This document shows positions 15,026 to 29,873 of a stretch of 64,000 nucleotides of DNA, piece after piece; positions within the stretch are counted from its first letter, which is position 1, and each line of letters starts with the position of its first letter. Source of the stretch: Eledone cirrhosa (Eukaryota). The notes below the pieces were generated by a model. It worked only from the letters and a program-made list of their open reading frames with translations. It was not told where the DNA came from and did no database searches. The position numbers and the translations under genes are program-made. The stretch spans positions 106,392,001 to 106,456,000 of the forward strand of contig OZ024743.1 in the NCBI GenBank assembly GCA_964016885.1. Direction: 5' to 3'.

Positions 15026-16360
15026 TTTTCCAGGTGTCGTTTAAATATGAAATAAGTAACTCTTAACGGTTTAGCTCGCATCTAATATCTGAACTTGTGC
15101 TGAAGGGAGACACTTATTATTTACTACATCGAAGAGGATTATGTCATTCATCATTCCCGGGATGACAGAATATGTCGAATACGAGGAGGGAATATTTTGT
15201 ACAATGACTGTAATTGTACCTTTACTTATTTACATGAATTGTTGTTACCTTTTCCGTCTCATCTATGAAATCACGTCCACTAATTAACGAGATTATATTG
15301 AATCCTCTCTCCAGATTTCAGTAATTGTTCTTCATGTTCTCCTGTTGGAAATTACTCTTAACATAGTGAGGAACAGGTAAAAGTATGATAACGATGACAT
15401 GTCATACGTCTACCTTCCTGAGATAAGATTTATCATAGCTGAATTTTGAACAAATTAACACCAGTCTCTTATTCTGGATACAGGACTCCTGTGCAACATA
15501 TGATCTTCGTGCACTGGGCATCTTTATTTAGATGGATAATTCCTGTTGGCGTATTGTGAGATTTCAAAGAAGAAAATTATATGTTTTCAAGCCAATAGCC
15601 TCCGAGATTATGATAGTTAATGAATTTCTAACACTATATTGGGTGTATACTCTGACCTACATTAAAATTGATTAGAGAAAATTGCGGTTACGTATCGGTG
15701 CGGTTTGTTCTCATACTAATTACTTAATAAATCAACTTTAATATAACAAAGATATACGTCAGACTAAATAAAGCTGATTTTGTTGTTGGTTAAATTTTAA
15801 TTTTGTAGACACATAATCGAGGCTTTGAAATGGTGCCACTTCCACCTCTTATTCAGCCTTTGCATATCCGCCAATGCATCATAAACCATTTTTTTGTAAA
15901 GCCTTAGGTTTTGATCTGAAAAATATTCGACTTGTATTACTCACAAGTCGAGCGAACCCATAGAGAATTTCTCGTTGAATGAATTAATTCAGTTTTAAAC
16001 TCGTTGTGAATATTTACGTTGAATCACATATAATTCTCTCCCTCAGATGCATTGAATTTCTTTCAATATTTGTAAACTGCCACATTCTCAGAAAGATATC
16101 AAAGAAGTGCATTTCTCAGTTACCATGTTAAATGAAGAGTGGTAGCAGAGAAGCTAAAGATTAGGTTAGGTGGAAAGTAGACAACCTGATATACAATGGA
16201 AATATTTTAGTGAAATGTACAATGAATTTCAATAGATTTCCTTTCTTCTTCACACATGCAAACAAGGCAAATATATCTCTTGTATATTTTATTTTATTTA
16301 CTTCGCAATATGTATGTAAATGTATATAATTATATATATATATATATATTATATATATAT

Positions 16361-16758
16361 ATTGGTAAAAGGAAAAGAAAATGGTGAAAAATTGTTCCCA
16401 GTGAAAAATAGTTTAATTAGGAATAAGTAAACATTAGTAATAAGTATTGGTTAGTATTCAGTTTTGGTTTTAGGTTTTTACCGGTTGCGCATTTCTAGTG
16501 CTTTGCAAAAATAATTTTGAGATAGAGCGCCCGTGATGTTTGCAAACATCACGGGCGCTCTATCTCAAAATTATTTTTGAAAAGCATTAGAAATGCGCAA
16601 CCGGTAAAAACTTAAAACCAAAACTGAATACTTACCAATACTTATTACTAATTTTTACTTATTCCTAATTAAACTATTTTTCACTGGGAACAATTTGTCA
16701 GCATTTTCTTTTCCTTTTACCAATATATCATAACTCGTGTGTTACACCTCTATTCTTT

Positions 16759-16760
<2 letters not shown>
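16361..16760. mobile_element. Fold-back terminus, diverged subfamily of the 39601-46622 PLE
   Basis: Palindrome centred at tgca 16541-16544. Homologous to the pseudo-LTR end. ~35 nt right extension. Confidence 0.88.
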
Positions 16761-16803
<43 letters not shown>

Positions 16804-18595
16804 TTGTAAATCGTGAAATGGTAGTTTTGTTTTTGAGTTGTTTTATTTTTTTTGTAATTATTATATTGTAATTGTATTCATGTATCCGTCTTAGATCGTG
16901 TAAATGTAGAAAACAAATTAGTTCTCTAATGGAAACATTTGAAAACAATTGCGTGTTGCTAAATTTACTACTGTCATCAACTATACTTATAATAATGATG
17001 TAACATATTCGCTGCGAAAATTTATTCTATTTTGCTGACTACAATTATATGAATAAAAACTGATGTGGGCAAACATACTTTACATAAGTATTCAGTTTAT
17101 AAGCGTGATGATTATTTGATTTAAAACTTAATATTTGCTGCCATTGAATATATCACGGCGATAGTTTTCATTGAATTCATACTGCATGTATCATAGCTTT
17201 ATTTTTATATTGTGTTTTTTTTTTGTTAGCGGCGACAAGTGTAATTGATCTGCCTTGTATATGTATTAGATAATACTTCTTCCTATAACGATTTACTTTC
17301 TCCCAGTTAGAAAAGTAATTGAGGGATAGGAAATTACAAAAGAAAAAGTACTTCTTACACTTTATTCTATCATGCAACCGCAATCATTTTCCAAAAAAAT
17401 GTGAGGCTTTCAGTGAGAAAAATATACCATCATAAACAACAAGCAGTAGTGAAACTGCTAAACATGAATTATAAATCTATTTTTAATTGTAAACTATTTA
17501 ATAAAGTCCTTTGACAATATACACGGAAAGTGGTTAAGTAAACTTAGCCAGAATGCAAATACCAGCTAATAATACAAGAAGTATAAATAAATATTTCAAT
17601 GTTGCTTGGTTAAATATATTTCGAAAAATGAGGTTCATTCGTATTGTGATATTAATACAATATTGTATTGTTGAGCTGATTATTTCTACAAATGTGAAAC
17701 CAATATTTAAACAATTCTCTATATTTGCGTATATTCGTAATTATACACAAGGTACCTTTCTAAACCATGCCTTGATCATTTTGATGCTCAGACGTCCATG
17801 AGGTAATATTTATAATGGACGGTTAGCTTCTTTTCACAATATTATCACTCATTTGTTAAAATAATTACACACGTGAATGATCATGAATCTATTATGCTTG
17901 ATTAAGAAACGTTAATAATTTATAATTAGTGCAATGAAGCGGATAAATTGATGTTAGATGGTGTCAACAAGCAAATATTATGTGATATAAACTGAACAAG
18001 GAACAATATGAAATTGTTTCGATTTGATCAAATGGAAATCGGATAACAATTTGGCCTGGTGAAATGATATACATTGTTTAAGAGTCAGCTGGTTAGGGAG
18101 AGAAATAAAGCTATATATAATTAGGTTATTCTACATAAATATCGCTTTCAGTTTAACTATTATTTCGACTTAGAATATATAACCAGTAAACATTCAATAT
18201 ACCGCTAAAGGTCTTACTAATGTTGCCGTTCCTCATGTTGTGTACAAAGGGTCAATCCTTATACGTCAAGCTACATATAGAGTAGGGGGTTGATTTTAAG
18301 TTTAATTTCGATTCAATAGGATAATTGTATTTTATGATGTTGTGGATAGATTAGCTTGTATTTAGCTGTGTAGGATTTTTGTATAATTAAAGATTATATA
18401 TATTGTATTATGGATCTAATACTAAGTGCACAAGGATCTCAGTTGAAAAGTAGGTGGGATAAAGGATTTTAATTATCTGGTCTTGGTTCTAATTTTATTC
18501 AACTATAGTAATTTTTGTGATATTTAGTTTTGTTTAGCCTCGTGTGTATTTGTTAGAAAGGATTGTTTAAGAAAGAAATTATGTAACATAGGTGA

Positions 18596-18653
<58 letters not shown>

Positions 18654-18932
18654 TTATATGCGAGATACAACACCTCATAAACTACTATCTAAATATTAAT
18701 ATTTATATAACTTCTAGGTTAAGTGTTTTCGTAGGTTTGTATTCATAATTTATTATGTTAACCATTCTTGTAGAATATAACGAACTTCAGGAAAAATAGA
18801 TTATGTTGTTCTTTTATATTCTTACACTTATCATATAGCACCAAGTGGTATGGCACTTTTTACCGCAATGGTACGGTGCTTCATTCTCAATTTGAGATGT
18901 ACGTGTTTTTTACCCGATTTTCTAAGCTATTT

Positions 18933-19155
18933 AGGGCGGTGGATTGACAGTTTCGGTGGAGCATCGTACAACAAGCTATATGGTATATAGTGTTTGCCCT
19001 TTATGTTCTGAGATCACATCCCACCTAAGTTAGCTTTGACTTTCAGCCTAACTCTGCCAATGATATAAAGTACCAGTAAAGCTCTGGGCTTGATTTAGTC
19101 GATATTCCCCCTCCCTTCAAATTGGTCGCCTTGTACAAAATATAGGAACAATTAT
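18933..19155 (+). mobile_element. Old diverged SINE copy
   Basis: ggcggtggattgacag..gttctgagatcacatccc..ctttgactttca..aaagtaccagt. Confidence 0.7.
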
Positions 19156-19985
19156 TTAACACCGGATTAGCTTTCACCAAACATTTCCCTCCTTACAGCA
19201 GCAGATCAATGTATCTAATAACATTTTATCCTCATTATACCGTCGTTTGTCACTTAATATGTATATATTTCAGTGTATGTAAATTTCACTTACAATGTTT
19301 CTCGGCTTTAGAAATTATATCTGATTTGTCATAACAATTTCGATTTAATTGGTTGTTGAAGTCTAGCAGAATATTTAAGACTTTCGGATCGCAATCATTA
19401 TGCCTCGAGATCGATCCTATTGCGTGACATCTCGAGCAAGCGTCATTCAGAGGAATTGTGTAAATGGAAACTGTTTGGAAGCCCCCCAGTTGACAGTTTT
19501 GTCACAATCTGTATTACGGTAAGGGAACACATATATGTAGAATTTTCCACCATTCACACTTTAATTTCATGAGTGGGTATTTCGTCGATCGGAGTATCGG
19601 CATATTGAGCAATGAAATTGATTTAGGTCTATTCCGTTCCATCACCGTCTACAGATGAAGAAATGAAGTGTTCTTTGAAAAGACCTTCAATTTCGTTTCA
19701 CATGAATACGGCTGCACAAGTAGACACAATTATTAATCATTTGGTAAGAAATTTACGAAATGAAGTAGCTTCGACAAAGTTAAATAGATCGCAATATCAG
19801 GAGATTTAAATAATCCGAAATCGACAGAGAAGTGCTCTACGTGATGCTCGTAGGTTATCTCCCATTGATATGTGTATATGAATACCATACATCACTTGGG
19901 GTCTTGTTGATGTACTTCCCAAAAGTACATCAACAAGATGCTTTGCATATTTAAACACTGTTATTATTATTAAAACTCTATTAAG

Positions 19986-20173
19986 GGCCATGGATTGGCA
20001 GTATCGGTAAAGGGTTGGACACGATGATTTACAGCAAAGAGTTACGGCCCTTTATGTTCTGAGTTCAAATCACACCGAGGTTAACTTTGCCTTTCATCCT
20101 TACGGGGTCGATAAAATAAAGTATCAGTAATGCACTGGGATAATTGTTGGCCTTGTGCCAAAAGTAGAAACAG
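19986..20173 (+). mobile_element. Same SINE family
   Basis: Homologous to 54198-54383. Flanking repeat ttattattaaaactc. Confidence 0.9.
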
Positions 20174-20888
20174 TTATTATTAAAACTCCCTCACAAACAC
20201 ACCGCACAAGAAAGAGAGAGTTTACAAAGATTATTATTTAAAATATCCCATTCCTCACAAGTGACAACATGATTTAATGCATAACATGTTTCTTTGTATG
20301 TGTAATATAATCTGTCTAGCAAAGCTAATATTTATCAAATAAAATTGAATCCAACTATTTCAAAAATGGTATGAAGACACAAGAAAGATTCAAAGTGTAA
20401 AATAACTTTTTGACATTTTGAGAGAAATATATAGAAGACAAATAAACATTAAAGGAAAGCAATAATAGTGGTAATAATAGTTGTACAAGTTCAATTACCA
20501 AAATTAATAAGTATGCTATGTATGTGTGCGTTTGTGTATGGATATTCCTCGTGAGCGTTTATCGTTAGACTGTATTTAGATGTCGTGTATAAATATACAA
20601 ACCTTGTAATAAACGAGAAAACATTACGTACGACAAACAACAATCATACACATACTATTTCACACATACGCACATACGCACATACGCAAACACTCACACG
20701 TACACACACACACACACATAGATAGATAGATATAAAATTCTTTTGATTTTCTGATTGGATTTTCACCTCGAAACTGGATAACAACTCGGAGTTCACCTAA
20801 ACTTCTTTCGTATCATTGAAATTTTCTTTGCTATATACATACATATACATACATATACACATACACACACATATATATATACAGACAC

Positions 20889-20940
<52 letters not shown>

Positions 20941-21505
20941 TGAGAGAGAAATATGTATATATTAGACACATAAATGGATAATTATGTCAATATATAAATT
21001 AACGGTTGTTGTATGATAGATACGGCAGTAAAGAAGAGTGTATGTGGATTGACACTGTAGACATTTATTAGAGACAAGAATATGGAAATAGGGTGGAAAG
21101 AAAAGAAATGAAGCTCGCTGTAAAGAAAATAATATAGAAAGAAGGAAATAATTCGTATTATTAATGAGTGTGATAACAAAATGTTCAAGCGTTTATAGCG
21201 CACGTATTCTGTGAACTTAGATCGTACATGAAGACACTTAATACAGTGAGAGGAAAATTTGACACTTGACAGGTTTTGTTTAATTTTATGATATTACATT
21301 CAATTATATATTTTGATTTATTATTTGAATTTATTCACGATGCCAGTTTATATTTTGTTTCTATTGAATTAAGGTTACACCACGAGCGCCATTGCATTTA
21401 TCTGGAGTATATAAGAAATAGTTAAATAATTACATTTATCTTTCGCACCTTCTTACTCTCTAACTCTTGCTTTCACTACAACCTCACAGGCACACATACA
21501 CATAC

Positions 21506-21545
<40 letters not shown>

Positions 21546-21615
21546 CGAGAGATACATACATGCATGTATACACATATAAACATATAAGGCTATATATATA
21601 TATATACATATAAGG

Positions 21616-21681
<66 letters not shown>

Positions 21682-21686
<5 letters not shown>

Positions 21687-22100
21687 ATTAAATAAATGGA
21701 AAACTATATTTATAAAACCATATCTATTTCATTATATATATTTCGGGGATATCATATTAACAATATGCTATGCCTTCATCAGACAAAATACAATATAAAC
21801 AATTTTATAGATAAATAGATTCGACATACCGTAATAACACCGACTTCATTTGAAGAGGTTTACGGTATGTCGAATCTATTTATCTATAAAACTGTTTATA
21901 TTGTATTTTGTCTGATGAAGGCATAGCATATTGTTAATATGATATCCCCGAAATATATATAATGAAATAGATATGGTTTTATAAATATAGTTTTCCATTT
22001 ATTTAATATTGTAAATATACTCCAAATATTTGTCGAGTGCTTTTATATCAGTTATAAATATTTACTAGTTGTAACCCAACAATTTTAAATATAACTTTAC
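21682..22100. mobile_element. Fold-back PLE terminus with hammerheads
   Basis: Arms 21682-21834 and 21860-22012, ~90 nt right extension. Same family at 31361-32148 and 63657-64000. Confidence 0.85.
21904..21969 (+). ncRNA. Minimal hammerhead motif (homologues 32041-32106 +, ~63785-63850 -)
   Basis: tattttgt-CTGATGA-agg..ccc-GAAA-TATATA-TA-atgaaata. Stem II sequence differs in the 63.8 kb copy but still pairs. Confidence 0.78.
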
Positions 22101-22126
<26 letters not shown>

Positions 22127-22131
<5 letters not shown>

Positions 22132-22554
22132 AAAGAATAGAGGTGTAACACACAAGTTATTATATATTGGTAAACGGAATAGAAAATGCTGACAAATTGT
22201 TCACAGTTGAAAAATGGTTTAATTAGGAATAAAAGAGTATTAGTGATTGTATGGGTTAGTATTCAGTTGTGGTTTTAAGTTTTTAAGTTTTTACCGGTTG
22301 CGCATTTCTAAATGCTTTTCAAAAATAATTTTGAGATAGAGTGTCCGTGCTGTTTGCTCTGATCAGAGCAAACAGCACGGACACTCTATCTCAAAATTAT
22401 TTTTGAAAAGCATTTAGAAATGCGCAACCGGTAAAAACTTAAAAACTTAAAACCACAACTGAATACTAACCCATACAATCACTAATACTCTTTTATTCCT
22501 AATTAAACCATTTTTCAACTGTGAACAATTTGTCAGCATTTTCTATTCCGTTTA

Positions 22555-22560
<6 letters not shown>
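22127..22560. mobile_element. Perfect fold-back terminus of the 39601-46622 PLE
   Basis: Palindrome centred on GATC 22361-22364. Essentially identical to the pseudo-LTR end. ~40 nt left extension. Confidence 0.92.
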
Positions 22561-22618
<58 letters not shown>

Positions 22619-22821
22619 TATATATATACATAATAACATAAACGGAGAAAGCCATTAGCGATATTCCGACCAATTCACAACTCACTCAACAAACATTAGG
22701 AAATACCGGAGTATATTACCAAATAAAAGTTTGGGCTGCTAACTATATTGTATTGTGTGGATAACTGGGTGTATTATTTTATATGAGATATATTTAAAAA
22801 ATCTCATTATATATATATATA

Positions 22822-24009
22822 GAGGCAGTATTTGAGGACTCATGTATTTTCAGTCATTATTTTATATTTTATTTAACTAATTTCTATTGATCTTCTATTT
22901 CAGAAAATAACTATGAAAATAACTATGCTTACTAATGAAATGAAAAGGCATGCTGTGATTGTGGCTTTGAAGACTAAGCATAGGAATTAGAAATTTCTCG
23001 TTTTCTGAAAGTTGCAATATCTTTTGTCCAAAAGATTCGGTGTGAGTTAGAGAAAGATGAAGCGTATTACCTGTATCAAAACTTAAAAGACATTCCAAAC
23101 GCTCTGATTGTATCAGGACACCTGAAATTATTCAGTAAGTTAAGCAATACATAGATGACAATCCATGAAAATCAATGACATCAATTGCAAAAATATTTGG
23201 TGTCAGAAAAAACAATCAGAAATGTTAATCTTTCGTGGTGAGAAGAGGTCAATTCATGTCAGAAAGAACAAAAGAAAAGCGTTTAATCAGATCCAAAAGA
23301 ATTTAAACAAACTTTAAAATCCATCAGAAGATGGTGTGATTTGGTTTTTCTCAGATGAGAAACACTTTGACCAGGATCACAAAACTAACAGAAGAAATGA
23401 CAAGTAGCTATGTGCACACCCTTCTGAGGTTCCAAGAGTAATGCACACGAAATTTCCCGCCTGTTATGGTTTTGTTTGTTGCTAGCAATGAAGGACATGT
23501 GATTCCTCCTCACTTTTTTCCACAAGGCCTTAGGGTGAATGCTGTTGCATATATTGAGGTTCTGGAAAAAGTTGTTAAGCCTTATATGAACAGTGTATGC
23601 AATGGAAGGCTTATGTCTTTCAATAAGATTCTGTACCATCACACAAGGCTCAATTGACACAAGAATGACCATTTTCATGAGCACATCACTCCCCAATTCT
23701 CCTAATTCTCCAGATCTCAATCCACTGGCCTACTATGTATTGAGCATCGTTGAGATAAATGTCAATGAACACCCCCATAGCACCAAAAAAGCCGCCATAA
23801 TGCGAGTCATGATCGATATGAACAAGGACCACTTAATCCGAGCTTGCAAATGATTTCAACTCTGCGTAGAGGCAGCTATTGATGCTTATGGTGGTTTTAT
23901 TGAATGAAATTATTAAATTGATAATTTAGCTTTATATTTATGTCATTTTAATAAGAATACAGTTTTCCTCTGTCATTATGTAAGTTTTTTTTTTAAACCA
24001 TAAATCTGT

Positions 24010-24011
<2 letters not shown>
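22822..24011 (+). mobile_element. Degenerate IS630-Tc1-mariner DNA transposon (maT/DD37D-like)
   Basis: FFSDEK..DQ..NRRND, VASNEGHVIPPHFF..VKPYM, PNSPDLNPLAYYV motifs with many stops. TA repeats at the ends. Confidence 0.85.
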
Positions 24012-24081
<70 letters not shown>

Positions 24082-24083
<2 letters not shown>

Positions 24084-24301
24084 ATAATAATAATTTTGAA
24101 GACTAACATTCAAAGAGTGCTCGATAAAGACAAATATATATCAGATATAAAAGAACCGTAGAGCAAATACTTGTTAAAATAACAGATTAAACTTTAAGCA
24201 AATAATCGCTGCTTTCACCTCTGAAACTGAAGAAGTCAAACTGACACTTTTAGTTTCAGAAGATCCTGTTAAGATGGAAGCAGCGATTCTTTGTTATTTT
24301 A

Positions 24302-24305
<4 letters not shown>
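24082..24305. mobile_element. Diverged fold-back element, same family as 39037-39265
   Basis: Shared extension tgaagacta..gctcgataa..accgtagagcaaata and inverted arms. Confidence 0.7.
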
Positions 24306-24345
<40 letters not shown>

Positions 24346-24764
24346 TAGATGTAAATAGAAATAACAAAGAAAAAACACGGTACAATGATAAATATATTCC
24401 TTTAACGTTTGATATAGTAGGAAAATAGTCTTAATATTTCGGTCACTAGTATTTCATCAAGACATAGTATGAGAAATACGGATCAAATATTGACTGAGAC
24501 GAAAAATGAATGGATAATTTAATATAAAAAAAAATTGTTGTGCAGTGTGTGTGTGTGTGTATTTGTGTATGTGAGCAAAGATAAATGGAGGTTAAAGCAA
24601 TTATTTGCGGGATTATCTCCACTCGGGAGATGAGTTCCAACCCTAGTGCATATAAACGCACGTACGGAGACACGTACACACGCACACACATACACACACA
24701 CACATGCACATACGCACACACACAAACATTATATAAATATATATGTTTATAATGTATTTTTATA

Positions 24765-25160
24765 TTTGGGGAGGGTCATATTGTTATGATATTGCCAGAA
24801 ATATATAATAAAACTATAAATTGAATCTATAGCATAAGATGTACTGACGGTACTTGAAGAACATGACAGCGACTTACATAGGAGAGACAGCTCGGTGCAT
24901 AGGGAGAGGATAGACCATCACTAGGGAGAACTAAAAAGACAAACAGAAGGTTCGTTACTATATGAATACGCCAGACTAAGACATGATGGTAATATAGACA
25001 ACATAGGAAATAAATAATATCTAAACATAGAAATGACTCAGCAGGTAGAGAAATTAGAGAAGCAACTGAAATAGAACTAAGAACACAAAGTTGAACGGAA
25101 AAGATGAATGAAATAACAACAACAACCATACAGAAACACACAATAGTGACCTAAGATCAA
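24765..25160 (+). mobile_element. Decayed GIY-YIG fragment of the third PLE family with inverted pLTR stub
   Basis: YSIRCTDG..TYIGETAR..IGERIDHH. Similar to 55190-55450. Confidence 0.75.
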
Positions 25161-25332
25161 TATAAATGAATATAGTATTAAGGATATTATTTATGGTTAT
25201 GTATATACTAAAACTTTTTATAGTTATATATATTTTAAACCCTAAACAGTGAAAGTCAGTAATTTCTTACTACCTTATTACCAGTAAGATAAATAGCTCA
25301 ATGTAATAACATCAGTTGTTCTACACAGCAGT

Positions 25333-26420
25333 TATATAGAATTCACAGGAATCAAAGTTTTATTCAAAGCATTTATTCGCTTACAATTGTTTCATCCAAA
25401 CCGAGGCTTGGCATCTTCGGAGCATTTTTCAATGTTTGTACACATACATGACCTCCTTTCCAACGCAAGAGACATACAGATACATATGTATATATTGATG
25501 TACAGTGGGGTGACATATATTATATTATTTATGAATGGCAATTTAAATTCAAAAACAAAATCACATTAAAACAGAATCAAAGCACAATTAAAATTAAAAT
25601 ATAATATCAATGCAAAATTAAAATACAATCGGCAGTTCACGTAGATAATGCAATAGGATAGTTTGTTAGTCAGTTGTAGTAGTTATTGTATGCATTAGTT
25701 ACACGTGGGGCATGCAATTTGGTCTTATTTATATATGATTATTGTGCGGCAGGGTGTTACATGTAATACAAGCACTTTAAGCGGGTAATCAAGAGTATTA
25801 TGGAGGTTGTAGTGGTAAGGTATTTTTTGTATATGATAAAGAAGCTTTTGTGCAGAAAAAATACTATAAATGAGAAGTAAAATAATGTTATGGTTTTTGT
25901 ATACACCACCATTTTCACATTCAGGAAACGTAATAGATAGTTTATATGTCCTTCACATAATTAACGATGATTCCGTATTGGATGTTTGATGTATTAAGTT
26001 AACTTATTATAGCTTGTTGCGCCTCAGTGTTCTTTAATCCAATTTTATAGAGCAGGTTGTTTCTGTTGCGAGAATTTACATCGTTTTATTATCCGGAAGT
26101 ATGTGTGTGATTAAGGGGAGTTAATGCGTAAGGGGAGGTAACTAGCTGATTTCTATAACTAAATTTATTATTCCAACATACATTAATAGGTGTCCCAATT
26201 GAGTCCCTTATATAGATGGTTATATACAGTTTCCAATTTTAAGTATCCTATCTTTAATTAGAGTCTACTCTATCATGAAGAACTAAAGGTATCTATATTA
26301 GGTCATGTATGTGTACAAACATTGAAAAATACTCCGAAGACTCCAAGTCTCGGTTTGTATGAAACAATTGTAAGCGAATAAATGCTTTGAACATAGCTTT
26401 GATTCCTGTGAATTCTATAA
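25333..26420. mobile_element. Decayed PLE with ~120 bp inverted termini carrying hammerhead-like motifs
   Basis: Inverted repeats 25333-25454 and 26300-26420. Interior has a weak IIYKI..CPTCN remnant on the minus strand. Confidence 0.65.
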
Positions 26421-26439
26421 ATGAATATATATAGTTACA

Positions 26440-26880
26440 ATTGCAACAACCACACATAAACACACACTAGTGAGCAAAGATAGAATACAAACACACACAG
26501 ACTCATATACGGACACACACAAAACAGAAAACGCATACAAACACCTGCGTAAACAGAGACAATAATAAATGGATTAACAAATAAATAAAATAGAATAGAC
26601 ATTACAATAAAAACGGGAGGAAACATAATAATACCACTGAAGATGTCCCATGCATTAAGGGCTGGTAATCAATGATAAAGATTGATTGCCAGGTAAATTG
26701 ACTATAGGGATATAACTCTTACAGAAGCGAAAACCAATCCAACCTAAACAGCGAGTGAGTGTTACTATATCTTTATGTCAATATTATAACAATATGACCC
26801 TTCCCAATTATAAAATAATTATTTCAACACATGATTTCATATAATAAACCCTACGAAACAAATTTCATCGCCGTCAGAGC
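26440..26880 (+). mobile_element. Pseudo-LTR remnant related to the third PLE family
   Basis: Contains caatatgacccttccc..tataa..ttcaacacatgatttcatat, matching family termini. Confidence 0.6.
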
Positions 26881-26882
26881 AC

Positions 26883-27068
<186 letters not shown>

Positions 27069-27298
27069 ATATATAAATATATATATATATACATATACAT
27101 GTATATAGATCATGTATTCATACATGTATGAATCTATCTATCAGTATCATACCCATTCCGATATGAAAACAGGAATATATATGCGAATTAAAGCAAATTA
27201 CTTTCTTCAAGAAAACTCCGGTGTTTAAACCATGGTAATTAATATCTATCATATATAGTAAAGCAGCTACCATCTATAAATCATCATTATTTCACTAA

Positions 27299-27487
27299 GA
27301 GGGTGGATTGGCAATATCGGTAGAGGGTCGGACGCTATATTTTGACACATAGAGTTACGGCCCTTGCCATACTGAGTTCGAATCCCGCCGAGGTTAACTT
27401 TGCCTTTCATCCTTACGGGGTCGATAAAATAAAAGTACCGGTAATGCACTGGATAATTGCTGGCCTTGTGTAAAAAAGTAGAAACAA
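27299..27487 (+). mobile_element. Same SINE family
   Basis: Homologous. gagttcgaatccc B-box. Flanking attatttca repeat. Confidence 0.9.
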
Positions 27488-27740
27488 TTATTTCATTACA
27501 TCAAATCAACTTCTAGTTCATATCAGCAAATTGGTTAGCAGCACAAGAAATCAATCATCTTTTTTTGTGTTGATATTTATTTCAAATGAAAATGCAATCA
27601 AACTGTATCCATCATTTTCATTTTGCCATTAATTTATGAAAAAATTATATTCATGCACATAAATAGTTCTCTATAATTATATATATAATATTATCATTAC
27701 ATAAATAAATACATATATATGTATATATATATATATATAT

Positions 27741-27971
27741 GATCAGAGCAAACAGCACGGACACTCTATCTCAAAATTATTTTTGAAAAGCATATAGAAA
27801 TGCGCAACCGGTAAAAACTTAAAAACTTAAAACCACAACTGAATACTAACCCATACAATCACTAATACTCTTTTATTCCTAATTAAACCACTTTTCAACT
27901 GTGAACAATTTGTCAGCATTTTCTATTCCGTTTACCAATATATAATAACTTGTGTTACACCTCTATTCTTT

Positions 27972-27976
<5 letters not shown>
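27741..27976 (+). mobile_element. Single-arm pseudo-LTR end of the 39601-46622 PLE
   Basis: Nearly identical to 46385-46622. Starts at the same GATC as the centre of 22127-22560. Confidence 0.9.
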
Positions 27977-28041
<65 letters not shown>

Positions 28042-28186
28042 TGTATGTGTGCAATGTTATACTTGGGGAGGGTAATATTGTTGTAATACTATTGCCATAA
28101 ATAACAACAAAACACACTCACTGTTTGGTTGGTTTTCTTTTTCGCTTCTGCATCTTTTGTGTCTTCATAGTTAAAATTCATCGCCG

Positions 28187-28248
<62 letters not shown>

Positions 28249-28253
<5 letters not shown>

Positions 28254-29100
28254 ATACTTTGGGAGGGTCATGTTGCCAATAAGAAACGCACGTACCAGTT
28301 GCTTTCACTTCAATTTATTACAATAAATTTATAAATTTAGGAATTTATAAATTTCCGGTTGGTTGGTTGGTTCCACAATGACTGTTTATATATTGTCAAA
28401 GTTCTTTCGTCACACATTATGTGATCTCTTCAGTGACTGGGATTCTTTTGTTTGTGTTTGTGTCTCTCCTTTGTTCTGTCCTACGCCATCTTCTTTGTGT
28501 GTGTGTTGTGTGCTCAGTTTGCGCATGTGTTACATCCGGGTGCCTGTGTGTGTTTATATTTGTATATTTATTTGTTTATTTACATGTTACTGGTTGGTTG
28601 TTTGTTCTATGCGCGTGTGTGTTTTCATTTTGTCCTTAATTGTAAGTTGTGATGTTGCTGTTTCATTCATGTTTTCTATTTAATTTTGGTTGGAGTTCAT
28701 TTATGTTTATTGCCTCTGTGATTTGTCTAAACATTGTGTCTTTTCTGTGTGTAGATTCTATTTTTATTTCTATGTTCTCTAATTTACCCTTATGTTCTAT
28801 TTTAGCATGTTGGTAGAGTACAGATGATTCGTTACAATCTTGAAGCTCTCGCCAGTGTTCATTTATCCCTTCCCCTATACTACGAGCTGTCTCACCTATG
28901 TAAACTATATTCTTTTCTCTACATTGTCCTTCAGTACATCTTATGCTATATACTACTTTTCTAGTTTTACAGTTAATATGGGGGCTTAATTTACAGATTA
29001 TACATTTCTTATCTATACAGATGACCCTCCCAAAGTATAGCAATATCGGTTTCAACACACGTTTTCAGATAAAGAATCTTGCTAAACAAATTCAGAAACG

Positions 29101-29103
<3 letters not shown>
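28249..29103 (-). mobile_element. 5'-truncated PLE (third-family relative): GIY-YIG + pseudo-LTR + inverted stub
   Basis: ORF 28663-29058 CKTRKVVYSIRC..VYIGETARS..EH. Terminal inverted motif atgaccctcccaaagtata at both ends. Confidence 0.88.
28394..28438 (-). ncRNA. Minimal hammerhead motif of the third PLE family (homologues ~55705-55745 +, ~47385-47425 -)
   Basis: gtca-CTGAAGA-tcaca/tgtga stem-GAAA-GAAC-TT-tgac. Confidence 0.7.
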
Positions 29104-29175
<72 letters not shown>

Positions 29176-29838
29176 CATATGTGTGTGTATTTTATATATC
29201 TTAATAGTATGTAAATTTTTATATACGGTATGGATTTGGAAACCAATAGCGTAGCCTCATCTAGCGGATTCTAGCAGAAGCTAAGGATAGGTAACTGCCG
29301 ACAATGACACACAATTTATGACTCTGGTCGTTATCAAGCCAGTGCACCCTACCACGCTCGCTGCTAGAACTCAATATATGAGAAAATGTATAATTTAGTC
29401 AGCTATGTACAAATTAGCCTTATTTCCATATAGGACCTTCGATTGGCTCGGCCCGAATATAAAATTGTGGTATTATTTCTAACATATCTATGTATATGAA
29501 AAGTATGGATTGGTATATTTAGCGATAATCGGTATGTTTTTAAATACATATTTTGAAAGCCTCCAGCTTTTAGAAACTGACGGCGTACAGACATCTAGCG
29601 GATTCCAGCAGAAGGTAAGGATAGGTAACTAACGAAAATGACGTCAACGAATCAGACTCTGATTAGAGCTATCACTCTAAATATGCAAAATAGGCTTATC
29701 AGCCCATGTACATAGGTTTTTAAACTATATGTCTAAGAGATATGAATGCTCCTTATACTCCTGTGACCCTCAGGATAATACTATATGAGATAGCGATTAC
29801 TAAACACTCAGTTGCGTATTTCTTTCTTGTTGTTTAGA

Positions 29839-29873
<35 letters not shown>

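Noticed and set aside
15410-15545. Possible minus-strand host exon (cag...ATGCCCAGT...AAG|gta)
   Set aside because: Short, with no recognisable protein similarity and no partner exons. It cannot be supported without RNA data.
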